A DNA stretch of 59,245 nucleotides, filler included. It is 6 parts of 6 records of this genome, joined end to end, with 100 filler letters (N's around TTAATTAATTAA, not from the genome) between each part and the next. Parts side by side here need not be neighbours in the genome. Positions count along the whole stretch, not along the records: positions 19,512 to 37,896 come from DRR723986_766; 5 more parts are not named here. The stretch is one strand, 5' to 3'. This document shows, one piece after another, positions 27,079 to 36,455 of the stretch. The first letter of the stretch is position 1, and each line of letters opens with the position of its first letter. Both the position numbers and the translations under genes were made by a program. The notes beneath the pieces were generated by a model, which was not told the origin of the DNA, made no database searches, and worked only from the letters and a program-made list of their open reading frames with translations.

Positions 27079-28038
27079 TTAGAACTGGACAGAGTTCACC
27101 GTTTCGGCCACCTCGCCCAGCCGCTCCAGCGCGGCCTCGGGCGCAAGGTAGCGCGGCGTCTGGAAATAGGTCTCGCCGATCTCCTTGGCGTAGTCCGGGT
27201 TCTGGGTGACCTGTTCGACCGCCGCGGTGAACTTGTCGACGATGGCCGGGTCGGTGCCCTTGGGGAACAGGTAGAAGTAGTCGTACTGGAAGGCCACGTC
27301 GTAGCCCAGTTCCGTCAGCGTCGGCACGTCGGGCAGGGCCTCGCTCCGGGTTCCGGCGACCGTGGCAAGGGCGCGCAGATCGCCGTTTTCGACATAGCTC
27401 TTGGCCTGTCCCAGCGGGTTCTGCGAGACATCGACATTGCCGCCCAGAACCGCCGTCAGACGCGCGGCGGAGCCGCCCACGTCGACGAAGTTGAACTCGG
27501 CACCGGCGTTGCGCAGCAGGGCGCCGACAAGATAGGTGGTGGCGCCGGTGTTGGTGGTCAGGTCGATGCCCATGGGATCGGCCTTGGTCGCCTCGACCAG
27601 CTCATCCATGGTCTGCCACGGCGCGTCCTTGTTGACCACGATCAGGCTGCCCGGCTCGCGGCCCGCGACGCCGACCATCTCGAAATCCTCGTAAGAGAAA
27701 TCGGCGATCCCCGAGGCGGCGTTCACCAGCATGGCAGAGTGGAAGAACAGCACGGTCTGGCCATCGGGCTTGGCGCTCAGAACCTGACGCGCGCCGATGC
27801 TGCCGCCCGCGCCGGTCACGTTCACCACCGGAAACGAGGTGTCGAGGATCGGCTCGAGGTACTTCGCCATCACCCGCGCGTTGTAATCGGTGTCGCCTCC
27901 GGCGCCGAAGGGCACGACGACCTGCACGGGGCCCTTTGGCCATGCATCCGCGCCCTGCGCCGTCGCTTGGGTCATGCCCGCGGCAAGGCCCAAGGCGGCG
28001 GCCACGGCGGTTGCGATTGTCTTGAACGAGCTGTTCAT
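27079..28038 (-). CDS. tctC: TTT periplasmic substrate-binding protein (Bug family, copy 1)
   Basis: Signal peptide, WPKGPVQVVVPFGAGGDTD, N.TGAGGSIG, PDGQT and PDVPTL.ELG; GGAGGA RBS. Confidence 0.93.
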   Translation of the reverse strand: MNSSFKTIATAVAAALGLAAGMTQATAQGADAWPKGPVQVVVPFGAGGDTDYNARVMAKYLEPILDTSFPVVNVTGAGGSIGARQVLSAKPDGQTVLFFHSAMLVNAASGIADFSYEDFEMVGVAGREPGSLIVVNKDAPWQTMDELVEATKADPMGIDLTTNTGATTYLVGALLRNAGAEFNFVDVGGSAARLTAVLGGNVDVSQNPLGQAKSYVENGDLRALATVAGTRSEALPDVPTLTELGYDVAFQYDYFYLFPKGTDPAIVDKFTAAVEQVTQNPDYAKEIGETYFQTPRYLAPEAALERLGEVAETVNSVQF

Positions 28039-28092
28039 CCTGTCCTCCCGAAGTTTATGGGTTGCTGCACGGTGGACGACACGACCGATACC

Positions 28093-28133
28093 GTCCAATT
28101 CCGTTCGGCGCTTAACCAATACGGTTTGCGTAT
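28093..28133 (-). promoter_or_regulatory. LysR-type site plus AACGGAATTGGAC element upstream of tctC copy 1
   Basis: Minus strand: ATAC-N7-GTAT (28133-28119), 13 nt, AACGGAATTGGAC (28105-28093). Confidence 0.7.
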
Positions 28134-28308
28134 CGGGAAAGGCCTTGTGTCGCTGTCGATGCGGGCGCGCGCCGCCCAAGGCGGGCCGAAAGGCCCCCAC
28201 CCTTGGAGCCGACGAGAAGAGCCGCGGATATCCGCCCTCGTTTTGCAGGCTTTGGCCCAGCCCGGACCGCGCGGTCGAGACCTGCGCGGACCGGGGCCGG
28301 GGTCCGCA

Positions 28309-29829
28309 TCACGCGGTGCCGTTGCGCCGCAGTCTGCGCTTTCCGAAGACCCGCGAGACCGCGCCCCGCAGAAGGCGGCTTTGCAGGGCCAGCGAGAAAA
28401 GGATCAGCGCCAGCAGGATCAGCGCGACTGGCCGGGTCACGAAGGGCTCGAGCGATCCGTTGGACCCCAGCAGGGCCCGCCGGACGCTGAAGTCCGCCAT
28501 CGTGCCCAGCAGGACACCGATCACCGCAGGGGCCACGGGATACCCGAGCTCTTCGAGGAAATAGACCACGACCCCGAACAGGAACATCATGTAGACGTTG
28601 AAGACGTTCAGCCCCAGCGCATAGGACCCCAGCACCGCAAGGAAGGCGACGAGCGGCATCAGCACTTCGACCGGCAGCCGCAGCACCTGAACGGAGACCC
28701 GCGCCATCAGCAGGCCGAGCACGAGGATGAACCCCGACGCCCAAAGCAGCATCGCGCCCATCTGGGGAATGAAGGTCGGCGCCTCGAAGGCCAGCATCGG
28801 ACCGGGGCGCACGCCATGCAGGTTCAGCGCGCCCAGCAGCATGGCCGCCGGGGGCGAGCCCGGAACGCCAAGGGTCAGCACGGGGATGATCGCCCCGCCG
28901 ATACAGGCGTTGTTGGCGGTCTCGGCCGAGATGACGCCCTTGATGTTGCCCTTGCCGAAGCTGTCGGGATCGGTGTCCATCTTCTTGGCCGCGTCGTATG
29001 AGGCCCATGACGCGATGTCTTCTCCGACGCCGGGAATGGTGCCGACGCCCACGCCGATGCAGCCGGACCGCAGAACCCCGCCCTTGTTGCGCCAGAGAAA
29101 GCCCAGACGCGGGCGCAGGCTTCCGATGGTGGGGCGCGCGCCCGCGATCACATCCCGGTCCCGCAGGACGCGAATGATCTGCGGGATGGCAAAGGCGCCA
29201 AGGATCACCGGCACGACCTCGATGCCGCCGGCCAGTTCCGGAATGCCGAGGGTGAACCGCTGGTAGCCCTGGATCGTCTCGATCCCGACGGAGGCCAGCA
29301 AAAGCCCTAGGATGCCCGCGATCCAGCCCTTGGCGGGCATGTCGGGCGCGGTCAGGGAACCGCAGATCAGCACTCCGAAGATGGCCAGCAGGAAAAACTC
29401 GACCGAGGTGAAGAGCAGCGCCATGTCGATCAGCAGCGGCGAGATCAGGATCATGGCGCACAGGCCGAAGACCGTGCCGACCACAGAGGCGATGGTCGCC
29501 GTCGCGATGGCCTCTCCGCCCTGCCCCCTCTGGGCAAGGATATGCCCGTCCAGCGCCGTCGCCGCCCCCGCGGCGGTGCCCGGGATGCCCAGCAGGATCG
29601 CCGAATGCGCCGGGCCGTAGATCGCCCCGACGTAGGCGCCGATCAGGGCGAACATGGCCAGTTCCGTCGACAGGTTGAAGGTCACGGTGCTCAGCAGGGC
29701 CACGGCAAGGGTCGCCGTCAGGCCGGGCAAGGCGCCGAACATCATGCCGACCATGACGGAACCGGCGAGAACCAGCAGGTTCTGCGCCGTCGCCACGACG
29801 AGGATCTGCTCTGCGAAAGATAGGAACAT
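28309..29829 (-). CDS. tctA: TTT large subunit (copy 2)
   Basis: GALPGL, GIPGTAAGAATALDGH, AETANNA, GVPGSPP and RPGP. Confidence 0.93.
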   Translation of the reverse strand: MFLSFAEQILVVATAQNLLVLAGSVMVGMMFGALPGLTATLAVALLSTVTFNLSTELAMFALIGAYVGAIYGPAHSAILLGIPGTAAGAATALDGHILAQRGQGGEAIATATIASVVGTVFGLCAMILISPLLIDMALLFTSVEFFLLAIFGVLICGSLTAPDMPAKGWIAGILGLLLASVGIETIQGYQRFTLGIPELAGGIEVVPVILGAFAIPQIIRVLRDRDVIAGARPTIGSLRPRLGFLWRNKGGVLRSGCIGVGVGTIPGVGEDIASWASYDAAKKMDTDPDSFGKGNIKGVISAETANNACIGGAIIPVLTLGVPGSPPAAMLLGALNLHGVRPGPMLAFEAPTFIPQMGAMLLWASGFILVLGLLMARVSVQVLRLPVEVLMPLVAFLAVLGSYALGLNVFNVYMMFLFGVVVYFLEELGYPVAPAVIGVLLGTMADFSVRRALLGSNGSLEPFVTRPVALILLALILFSLALQSRLLRGAVSRVFGKRRLRRNGTA

Positions 29830-29855
29830 GGTGTGTCGCTTCCTGTTCGGTGGCC

Positions 29856-30380
29856 TTACGGCACCGGCACGTAAAGATAGGTCGAAAAGACATGCGCCAC
29901 CGCCACCGGCACGGTGATCGAAACCAGGGCGGCGATCAGCACCCGTCTCGTCAGGTCACGGCCAGAGCCGGGCAGCCAGAACACCGCGATCATGACGAAG
30001 ACGAAGACGATGCTGGCAAGCTGGAAATTCACGCGCCCCAGCGCGCCGAAGATATAGGCGCCGGTCCAGACCACCACGAAGGCGACCCGGTGCGCCCGGC
30101 GGTTCCGCGGCAGGCCCCGCACCCATGACGCCAGCGGCGCGGCGATGTCGCGGTGGCCATCCTCGGCGATGGCGGTCGCCAGCACCTTCAGGCTGAACAG
30201 GATCAGGAGCACGCCCAGAATGGCCGGGAACAGGCCCGGCGACAGGAACCATTTCGACCCGCCGCCGGTGTGCGTGGTCCATGGCATGAGGCTCGCCTGA
30301 TACAGGACGAGTCCGCCGAAGGCGATGAAGATGAGGCAGACGACAAAGTCCGCCTTGCGACGGGCCTGACGGGGAAGCAT
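29856..30380 (-). CDS. tctB: TTT small membrane subunit (copy 2)
   Basis: SPGLFP motif, about five TM segments, YVPVP end; position in the operon. Confidence 0.8.
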   Translation of the reverse strand: MLPRQARRKADFVVCLIFIAFGGLVLYQASLMPWTTHTGGGSKWFLSPGLFPAILGVLLILFSLKVLATAIAEDGHRDIAAPLASWVRGLPRNRRAHRVAFVVVWTGAYIFGALGRVNFQLASIVFVFVMIAVFWLPGSGRDLTRRVLIAALVSITVPVAVAHVFSTYLYVPVP

Positions 30381-30446
30381 GGCACTCTCCTGTGCTGTAT
30401 GCCGGGGCCGGCGCGGATCTGCGCCGACCCCCGTGGGTTCGTGGGT

Positions 30447-31460
30447 TCAGGACTCGGGCGCTTCGATGCCCAGCTCGGCGGGATCGGTCGTGGCGATGCC
30501 CAGTTCGTGCAGCTTGTAGCTCATCACGCGCTCCATCTTGTCGAGCTCCGCCTCGGCCTCGGGCCCGTAGGCGCCGGACAGCGTCATGTAGCGGTCGGCC
30601 GCGAGACCCTTGATCTTCGGCGTCTCCATCGCCGCCTCGAAGGCGGCGTCGATCCTTGCGATGGCCTCTTCCGGAACATCCTTCGGCACCGCCATGCCAA
30701 GCCATTGGCGCGCGGGGATCTTCTGGATATCCGGATAGGTCTCTCCGGCGGCGGGGATCGGGTCCATGTCGTCGATCCGATAGGGCTCCATCTCGATCAT
30801 GGCGATCGGGCGGAACTTGCCCGCCTTGATGTATTCCGCCTGTTCCGACACGCTGGAGACCACCGCATCCACTTCGCCGGTCAGCGCGGCGACCTGCGCG
30901 GGGGAACTGCCCTCGAAGGGGATATAGTTGAATTCGACCTCGGCGCCCTGACCGAGCGACAGCGCCTTCATGTGCCAGACGCAGCCAAGCGCGCAGTGGC
31001 CGACCTTGACGCTGCCGGGGTTTTCCCGTGACGCCGTGATGAGGTCGTCCAGCGTCTGGTATTCCGAGTCCGCGTTCACGCTGATCAGACCCGGGGAGCC
31101 GCCGACGATGTACCAGCGCCAGTCCCGCGTGCCGGTGGCGTGGTATTCCATCGCCTTGACCACCTGCATCCCCTCGGACGCGCCAAGCCACGCGTGCCCG
31201 TCGTGCGGCTGGCTCCAGACCTGGTTCATCGCCACGCCGCCGCCGCCGCCGGTGCGGTTGACGACGTTGATGCGGCCGCCGAGGGCTTTCTGCATGGCTT
31301 CCGCAAGAAAGCGGTTGGTGGTGTCGGTTCCACCACCGGCGGCGGACCAGACCGAGATCTCGATGGGCCGGCTGGGGAAATCCTGAGCCAGCAAGGGGGC
31401 CGCCGTCATCGCCAGTGCGATCGCGGCGAAACCGAATGATGTCCTGATGGGTCTGTTCAT
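30447..31460 (-). CDS. tctC: TTT substrate-binding protein (copy 2)
   Basis: Signal peptide, FPSRPIEISVWSAAGGGTD, NRTGGGG and IPFEGSSPA; GGAGG RBS. Confidence 0.92.
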   Translation of the reverse strand: MNRPIRTSFGFAAIALAMTAAPLLAQDFPSRPIEISVWSAAGGGTDTTNRFLAEAMQKALGGRINVVNRTGGGGGVAMNQVWSQPHDGHAWLGASEGMQVVKAMEYHATGTRDWRWYIVGGSPGLISVNADSEYQTLDDLITASRENPGSVKVGHCALGCVWHMKALSLGQGAEVEFNYIPFEGSSPAQVAALTGEVDAVVSSVSEQAEYIKAGKFRPIAMIEMEPYRIDDMDPIPAAGETYPDIQKIPARQWLGMAVPKDVPEEAIARIDAAFEAAMETPKIKGLAADRYMTLSGAYGPEAEAELDKMERVMSYKLHELGIATTDPAELGIEAPES

Positions 31461-31577
31461 GTGTACCTCCCGTACATGCGTGAAGAAGCCCGTGCCGCGG
31501 CGCGGCCGGGTATTCCTCCGGCCCTTCATGGCCGGTCGGAATTCCAATGCAGTGTGATGCAGTTCTCCTCGACCCCA

Positions 31578-31619
31578 AGGCTATCGTTCAGTTATGCCAA
31601 ATGTCAAACCGCATTATGA
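31578..31619 (-). promoter_or_regulatory. Sigma70-like promoter of tctC copy 2 with TCATAAT element
   Basis: Minus strand TCATAAT-N5-TTGACA-N18-TAGCCT; same layout as 33541-33582. Confidence 0.55.
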
Positions 31620-31868
31620 GACAACATGCCGGAATAAGGAGAGGTGGCCCTCCGAGCTATCAGGCGATCCGCTAATGCGCTGGGAAAATAGTAAAGTTTG
31701 GGAATGTGATGGTTCTGGGGGTCGAGACTTTGGGCGTCATCCCCTTCCGAGCTCGGCGCCCTGGGCGGCATACGCGCGTATCCGGGGGTGGTCTTTGCCC
31801 GAGCATCGTACATTATAGAATCACATCTCAGACCAGCGGGCCCATGAGGGCCCACTGGCCCGGCGCCG

Positions 31869-32777
31869 TCACCCTTCGGTCGGGTCCGTCTGGTAGAAGT
31901 GCTGGGGATCCAGCGTCTTGGGTGTAAAGCCGAGGTCTCGTTCTATCCGGCGGCCGTCGAAGGCCGAAGCCCTCTCGGACGTGCCGTAGCGATCGTCGGA
32001 GGCCGGGACCGCCCGCTTGAACACTGTTTCCGCCCGTTTCAGCGTCGGCTCCGGGTGCAGGGTCTGGGGGGCCACGACGAAATAACAGTTGAAAGCCGCG
32101 GGCAGGGTCTTTTCCGCCGCCAGTCGGAACGCCGTGGCCGCATCTTCGGGCAGGATATAGTGCCAGAAGGGTCCGCCGCCGGCCTTGGGGCTATGAGGAT
32201 CGGCCGCGGGACGGTAGCTGTCCGGAGCCGAGGCCCGGCGGCGCCATTCCGCCTCTGTCCTTGGGTAGAGGACGAAAACGGGCCGCAAAGCGACAACCTC
32301 CAAGGTGCCGCGGTCCGCGAAGGAACGCCCGATTTCCTCGCCTAACTTCTTGGAAAGACTGTACCCGTCGGTCGGATGGCCCGGGTCGTCCTCGCGGACC
32401 GGCAGGGCGTTCGGCGCCACCAGCCGATCCGGGCGGACGGTCAGACCGGTGGCCGAATCGCTGGAACACAGAACGACCCGGCGCACGCCTGCGCGCTCGG
32501 CGGCCAGCATGACATTCCACGTCCCCATGACGTTGACCTGCATGATCCGCGTTTCGTCCGCCGCGTAGATATTGGCCATTGCCGCAAGGTGGATCACCGC
32601 ATCGGCGCCCGCGAAGTCGGCTTCCAGCGCCTGCGGGTCCGTCACGTCGCCTTCGACGAAGGGGTGGGGATAGCCCTCTGGCTGGACCCGATCCAGGGCG
32701 AGGACGTCATGCCCCTGCAGCGCCTCCATGACATAGGAGCCAAGATAGCCCGTACCGCCTGTGACCACGATTCTCAT
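31869..32777 (-). CDS. NAD-dependent epimerase/dehydratase (extended SDR, uronate-dehydrogenase-like)
   Basis: TGGTGYLG, HLAA, NVMGTWNV, SSDS and YSLSK. Confidence 0.9.
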   Translation of the reverse strand: MRIVVTGGTGYLGSYVMEALQGHDVLALDRVQPEGYPHPFVEGDVTDPQALEADFAGADAVIHLAAMANIYAADETRIMQVNVMGTWNVMLAAERAGVRRVVLCSSDSATGLTVRPDRLVAPNALPVREDDPGHPTDGYSLSKKLGEEIGRSFADRGTLEVVALRPVFVLYPRTEAEWRRRASAPDSYRPAADPHSPKAGGGPFWHYILPEDAATAFRLAAEKTLPAAFNCYFVVAPQTLHPEPTLKRAETVFKRAVPASDDRYGTSERASAFDGRRIERDLGFTPKTLDPQHFYQTDPTEG

Positions 32778-32879
32778 ATTCGCCTCTCCTGTTGGGATGG
32801 GATTGGACGTTGACGCCCGGTGTGCTGCACCATAATTTCACATTACTGAAACGCAATTCAAAAAATGGAAGATCGACCC

Positions 32880-33536
32880 ATGGCCGACAAGGGCATCCTT
32901 GCCATCTGGCATGACGTGACCGCAGATCAGCGTGACGACGTGCTGCATTGGTACAACAAAGAGCATCACCCCGAACGCCTTTGCGTGCCCGGATTCGTCA
33001 GCGCGCGCCGCCATATCGCCATCGAGGGTCAGCCAGAGCTTTTCATCGCCTATGAGGTCGAGTCCACGGACACGCTCGCCTCTGCCCCCTATCTGGAGCG
33101 GGTCAACAACCCGACCCCATGGACGCAGCGCATGATGCCGAACTTTCGCAACAATAACAGGACGGTATGCCGTGTCTCTCGCCATTCCGGGCAGGGTTAC
33201 GGAGCCTTTGCCCTGACCCTGCGCTTCGAGGATGGCGCCGTTGCGGGCGAAGAGGCCGCCGACCGGGCGCAGATCTGCATCGACCGCTTTCTCGAGGCCC
33301 GCGGCAGCGTTTCCGGCGCCTTCTGGGAGGCGGATCTGGCCCGCACGACCATCAACTCCGACGAAAGACGCCTGCGCGGCGTGCCCGATACGGTGATTTC
33401 CGCGGTTCTGGTCCTGACCGCCTCCACGCCAGAGGCCTTCGAAGCCGTCGATACCGCCCCCCTCGCCGGGCTGGGTGAGATCACGCGCGGCCTGTACCGC
33501 ATGGACTATATCGGCATATCCCGTACTACCGGATGA
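32880..33536 (+). CDS. Hypothetical dimeric alpha/beta-barrel protein (EthD/DUF4286-like)
   Basis: WYNKEHHPERL.VPGFVSARR...YE and PTPWT pattern. Confidence 0.65.
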   Translation: MADKGILAIWHDVTADQRDDVLHWYNKEHHPERLCVPGFVSARRHIAIEGQPELFIAYEVESTDTLASAPYLERVNNPTPWTQRMMPNFRNNNRTVCRVSRHSGQGYGAFALTLRFEDGAVAGEEAADRAQICIDRFLEARGSVSGAFWEADLARTTINSDERRLRGVPDTVISAVLVLTASTPEAFEAVDTAPLAGLGEITRGLYRMDYIGISRTTG

Positions 33537-33540
33537 TAAT

Positions 33541-33582
33541 TCATAATAAGAATTGACGTCTCGCAATGCCGCATGCTAGCAA
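33541..33582 (+). promoter_or_regulatory. Sigma70-like promoter of the Gfo/Idh/MocA operon with TCATAAT element
   Basis: TCATAAT-N5-TTGACG-N18-TAGCAA. Confidence 0.5.
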
Positions 33583-33606
33583 CGCCGACAAGAGAGGGAG
33601 GAAGTG

Positions 33607-34662
33607 ATGGCAAAGCTCAGGATCGTCACCGTCGGCGCCGGTTTCTTCAGCCAGTACCACTATGATGCGTGGGCCCGGATCCCCGAGGCCGAGGTCGTGG
33701 GCGTTGCCTATGCCCGCGACCGCACGAAGGCGCAGGCCATGGCGGACGCCTACGGAATCCCCGCGGTCATGGACGATCTCGAGGCGCTGCTCGACGCGAC
33801 GCAGCCGGATGTGCTCGACATCATCTCTCCGCCGGAGACGCATCTGCCCTTTACCCGCATGGCGAAGCAGCGCGGCATTCACGCGATCTCGCAGAAGCCC
33901 ATGGCCACCAGCCTTGCCGAAGGGCATGAGATGGCTGCCTTGGCGCAGGCCCCCGGCGCGCTGGTCGTGGTGCACGACAACTGGCGGTTCAAGCCGTGGT
34001 TCCGCGAGATCGCGCGCCTGCTGCGGGACGGCGCGATCGGCCCGCTGTACAACGTGACGTTCCGGATGCGCCCGGGCGACGGACAGGGTCCGCGCGCCTA
34101 CATGGACCGGCAGCCCTATTTCCAGAAGATGCCGCGCTTTCTCATGCATGAGACCGGCGTGCACATGATCGACGTCTTCCGCTACCTGTTCGGCGAGGTC
34201 AGCGCGGTCAGCGCGCGCCTGCGGCAGCTGAATCCGGTCATCGCGGGCGAGGATGCCGGCTATGTCATCCTCGATTTCGCCTCGGGGCTGTCGGGCGTCT
34301 ACGACGGCAACCGGCTTGTCGATCACGAGGCGGACAACACCCGCCTCACCATGGGCGAGATGCTGATCGAAGGCGCCGAGGGGCAGATCAGGCTCGACGG
34401 CAAGGCGCGCATCCATATTCGCCCTCGGGGCGGCAGCTTTGCCCAGCACCACTACGTGTGGCCCGACCGCGGATACGCCGGGGATTGCGTCCACGCGCTG
34501 CAACGCCACGTGGTCGATCATCTGACCCGGGGCACCGCGATCGAGAACACGGCGGACGAGTACCTGCAAAGCATGCTGATCGAAGAGGCCTGCTATCGCT
34601 CGGACAGCCAGCGCCGGACCATCGACATCGACACAATCGCACAAGAGGTTCGCGCGGCCTGA
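33607..34662 (+). CDS. Gfo/Idh/MocA oxidoreductase
   Basis: VGAGFFS..H, SQKP, HDNWRF and ETGVHMID. Confidence 0.92.
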   Translation: MAKLRIVTVGAGFFSQYHYDAWARIPEAEVVGVAYARDRTKAQAMADAYGIPAVMDDLEALLDATQPDVLDIISPPETHLPFTRMAKQRGIHAISQKPMATSLAEGHEMAALAQAPGALVVVHDNWRFKPWFREIARLLRDGAIGPLYNVTFRMRPGDGQGPRAYMDRQPYFQKMPRFLMHETGVHMIDVFRYLFGEVSAVSARLRQLNPVIAGEDAGYVILDFASGLSGVYDGNRLVDHEADNTRLTMGEMLIEGAEGQIRLDGKARIHIRPRGGSFAQHHYVWPDRGYAGDCVHALQRHVVDHLTRGTAIENTADEYLQSMLIEEACYRSDSQRRTIDIDTIAQEVRAA

Positions 34663-34688
34663 CGGGTCGCGCAGAAAGGGAGGATGGA

Positions 34689-35561
34689 ATGACCGACAGG
34701 ATCGTTGTGACCGGCGGGGCCGGACGGCTGGGCTGGCATGTGGTGGAGGACCTGAAGGGCACCGCCGAGGTGACCGTCATGGATATCCAGCCGCCCCGGC
34801 AGGAATTGCCCTTCATCGAGGGGTCGGTGCTGGATTACGAGCTGCTGAGGCAAAGCTTTGCCGGGCAGGATGTGGTGGTGCATCTGGCCGCCATCCCCAA
34901 CCCGCGCACGGCACCGGCGGATGTGACTTTTCACACCAATGTTCAGGGCACATGGAACGTCCTGCAGGCCGCAGAGGATGGGGGCGTGCGCCGGGTCGTC
35001 GTGATCTCCAGCGATGCGGCGACGGGGCTGCACTACAACCCCGAAAACTGGCAGCCGCAGTATGTGCCCGTCGACGAAAAGCACCCGCTGCGCCCGTCCG
35101 AATTCTACGGGCTGAGCAAGGAGGTGACCGAGGTCATGTGCCGCTGCTACGCCGTTCGCGGCAAGACGGAGGTCGTGGTGATCCGCCCCACGCATATCGT
35201 GTTCGAACCGGAATACCCCGAGTTGCTCGCGCGTGGCGCCGACCTGCAGAACTATCACTTCTGGGCCTATGTCTCCCCCTACGACGTGGCGCAGGGGATC
35301 ACCAAGGCCGCCACCGTGCCGGGCCTCAACGGAGAGGTCTTTTTCCTGTCGGCGGCGGATTCGCTGGGCGACACGCCCTTGCTGGACCGGGTCCGCGACC
35401 GCTGGGGCATCGACGGGGACGCGATCCGCAAGCCCGACACCTATGCCGCCAATCCGGCGGCGAGCATTCTCGACATCTCTGCCGCGCGCGAGAAGCTGGG
35501 CTACGAGCCGCGCGTCACATGGCGCGACATGGTCGCCAGCATCGCCGCGCCCGCGGAATAA
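34689..35561 (+). CDS. NAD-dependent epimerase/dehydratase (extended SDR)
   Basis: TGGAGRLG, HLAAIP, NVQGTWNV, SSDA and YGLSK. Confidence 0.9.
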   Translation: MTDRIVVTGGAGRLGWHVVEDLKGTAEVTVMDIQPPRQELPFIEGSVLDYELLRQSFAGQDVVVHLAAIPNPRTAPADVTFHTNVQGTWNVLQAAEDGGVRRVVVISSDAATGLHYNPENWQPQYVPVDEKHPLRPSEFYGLSKEVTEVMCRCYAVRGKTEVVVIRPTHIVFEPEYPELLARGADLQNYHFWAYVSPYDVAQGITKAATVPGLNGEVFFLSAADSLGDTPLLDRVRDRWGIDGDAIRKPDTYAANPAASILDISAAREKLGYEPRVTWRDMVASIAAPAE

Positions 35562-35591
35562 CCCGTTCCAGACATTCAGGGAGGACCCCCA

Positions 35592-36455
35592 ATGGCCACC
35601 GCCGACTACGGCTTGAACCTTTATGCCTACACCTTCGACTACACCGCCGCCGAAGCGGTGCGTGAAGCCGCCAAGCTGGGCTTTCCCGGCGTCGAACTGA
35701 TGATGTTTCCCGGCCACCTCTGGCCCTCGGAAATGGGCGCGCCCGAGCGTCGCGCGCTGAAGGACGCCCTGGACGAGACCGGCACCCGCGTGGTCTCGGT
35801 CAACCAGCCGAACCTAGACGTCAACCTGATCGCCGCCTCGCCCGAGATGCGCGACTACAGCTTTCTGACCGTGCAACGGATGGTCGAGACGGCGGGTGAA
35901 TTCGGCGGAAAATACGTCGTGGTCGGCCCGGGCAAGATCAACCCGCTGATGCCGATGGCGCCCGAGCAGCGCCTTGGCCACCTGCACCGCGCGCTGGATC
36001 GGCTGATCCCGATCGCGCGGGGCCATGGCGTGCAGATCCTGCTGGAAAACATGCCCTTTGCCTTCGTCCCGGACGTGGAAACCCTGATGCAGGCGGTCGA
36101 CGGCTACGGCGACGACGAGGTCGGCGTGATCTACGACGTGGCCAATGGTCACTTCATCTCGGAGCCGCTGACGCCCGCCCTGCACCGGATCGGAGACAAG
36201 CTGAAGCTGATCCATGCCTCCGACACCGGCCGCGCGGTCTACAAGCACGATCCCATCGGTCTGGGCGACATGGACTGGGCCGCTCTGGGTCGGGAACTGG
36301 TCGATTTCGGTTGGCCCCATCCGCCGATCCTCGAGATCGTCGGCCTGTCCGAGGACCTGAACGCCGAGATGCTGGACAGCGCCGCGAAACTGGACGCCGC
36401 CGGCTGGGACCGGATCGCGAAGGGCCGGCACGCAAGCGGAAGGAACGTGGCATGA
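35592..36455 (+). CDS. Xylose-isomerase-like TIM-barrel sugar isomerase/epimerase/dehydratase
   Basis: Metal ligands in LENMP, YDVANGH, IHASD and LEI; H.PIG.G..DW. Confidence 0.87.
   Translation: MATADYGLNLYAYTFDYTAAEAVREAAKLGFPGVELMMFPGHLWPSEMGAPERRALKDALDETGTRVVSVNQPNLDVNLIAASPEMRDYSFLTVQRMVETAGEFGGKYVVVGPGKINPLMPMAPEQRLGHLHRALDRLIPIARGHGVQILLENMPFAFVPDVETLMQAVDGYGDDEVGVIYDVANGHFISEPLTPALHRIGDKLKLIHASDTGRAVYKHDPIGLGDMDWAALGRELVDFGWPHPPILEIVGLSEDLNAEMLDSAAKLDAAGWDRIAKGRHASGRNVA

Noticed and set aside
26377..29001. 874-aa plus-strand ORF and similar long ORFs (157-1041, 10662-12224, 14048-15589, 20740-22821, 28112-29893, 36239-37858, 56858-58465)
   Set aside because: These are antisense or off-frame shadows of well-supported genes in high-GC DNA, with Arg/Gly/Ala-rich composition and no motifs.
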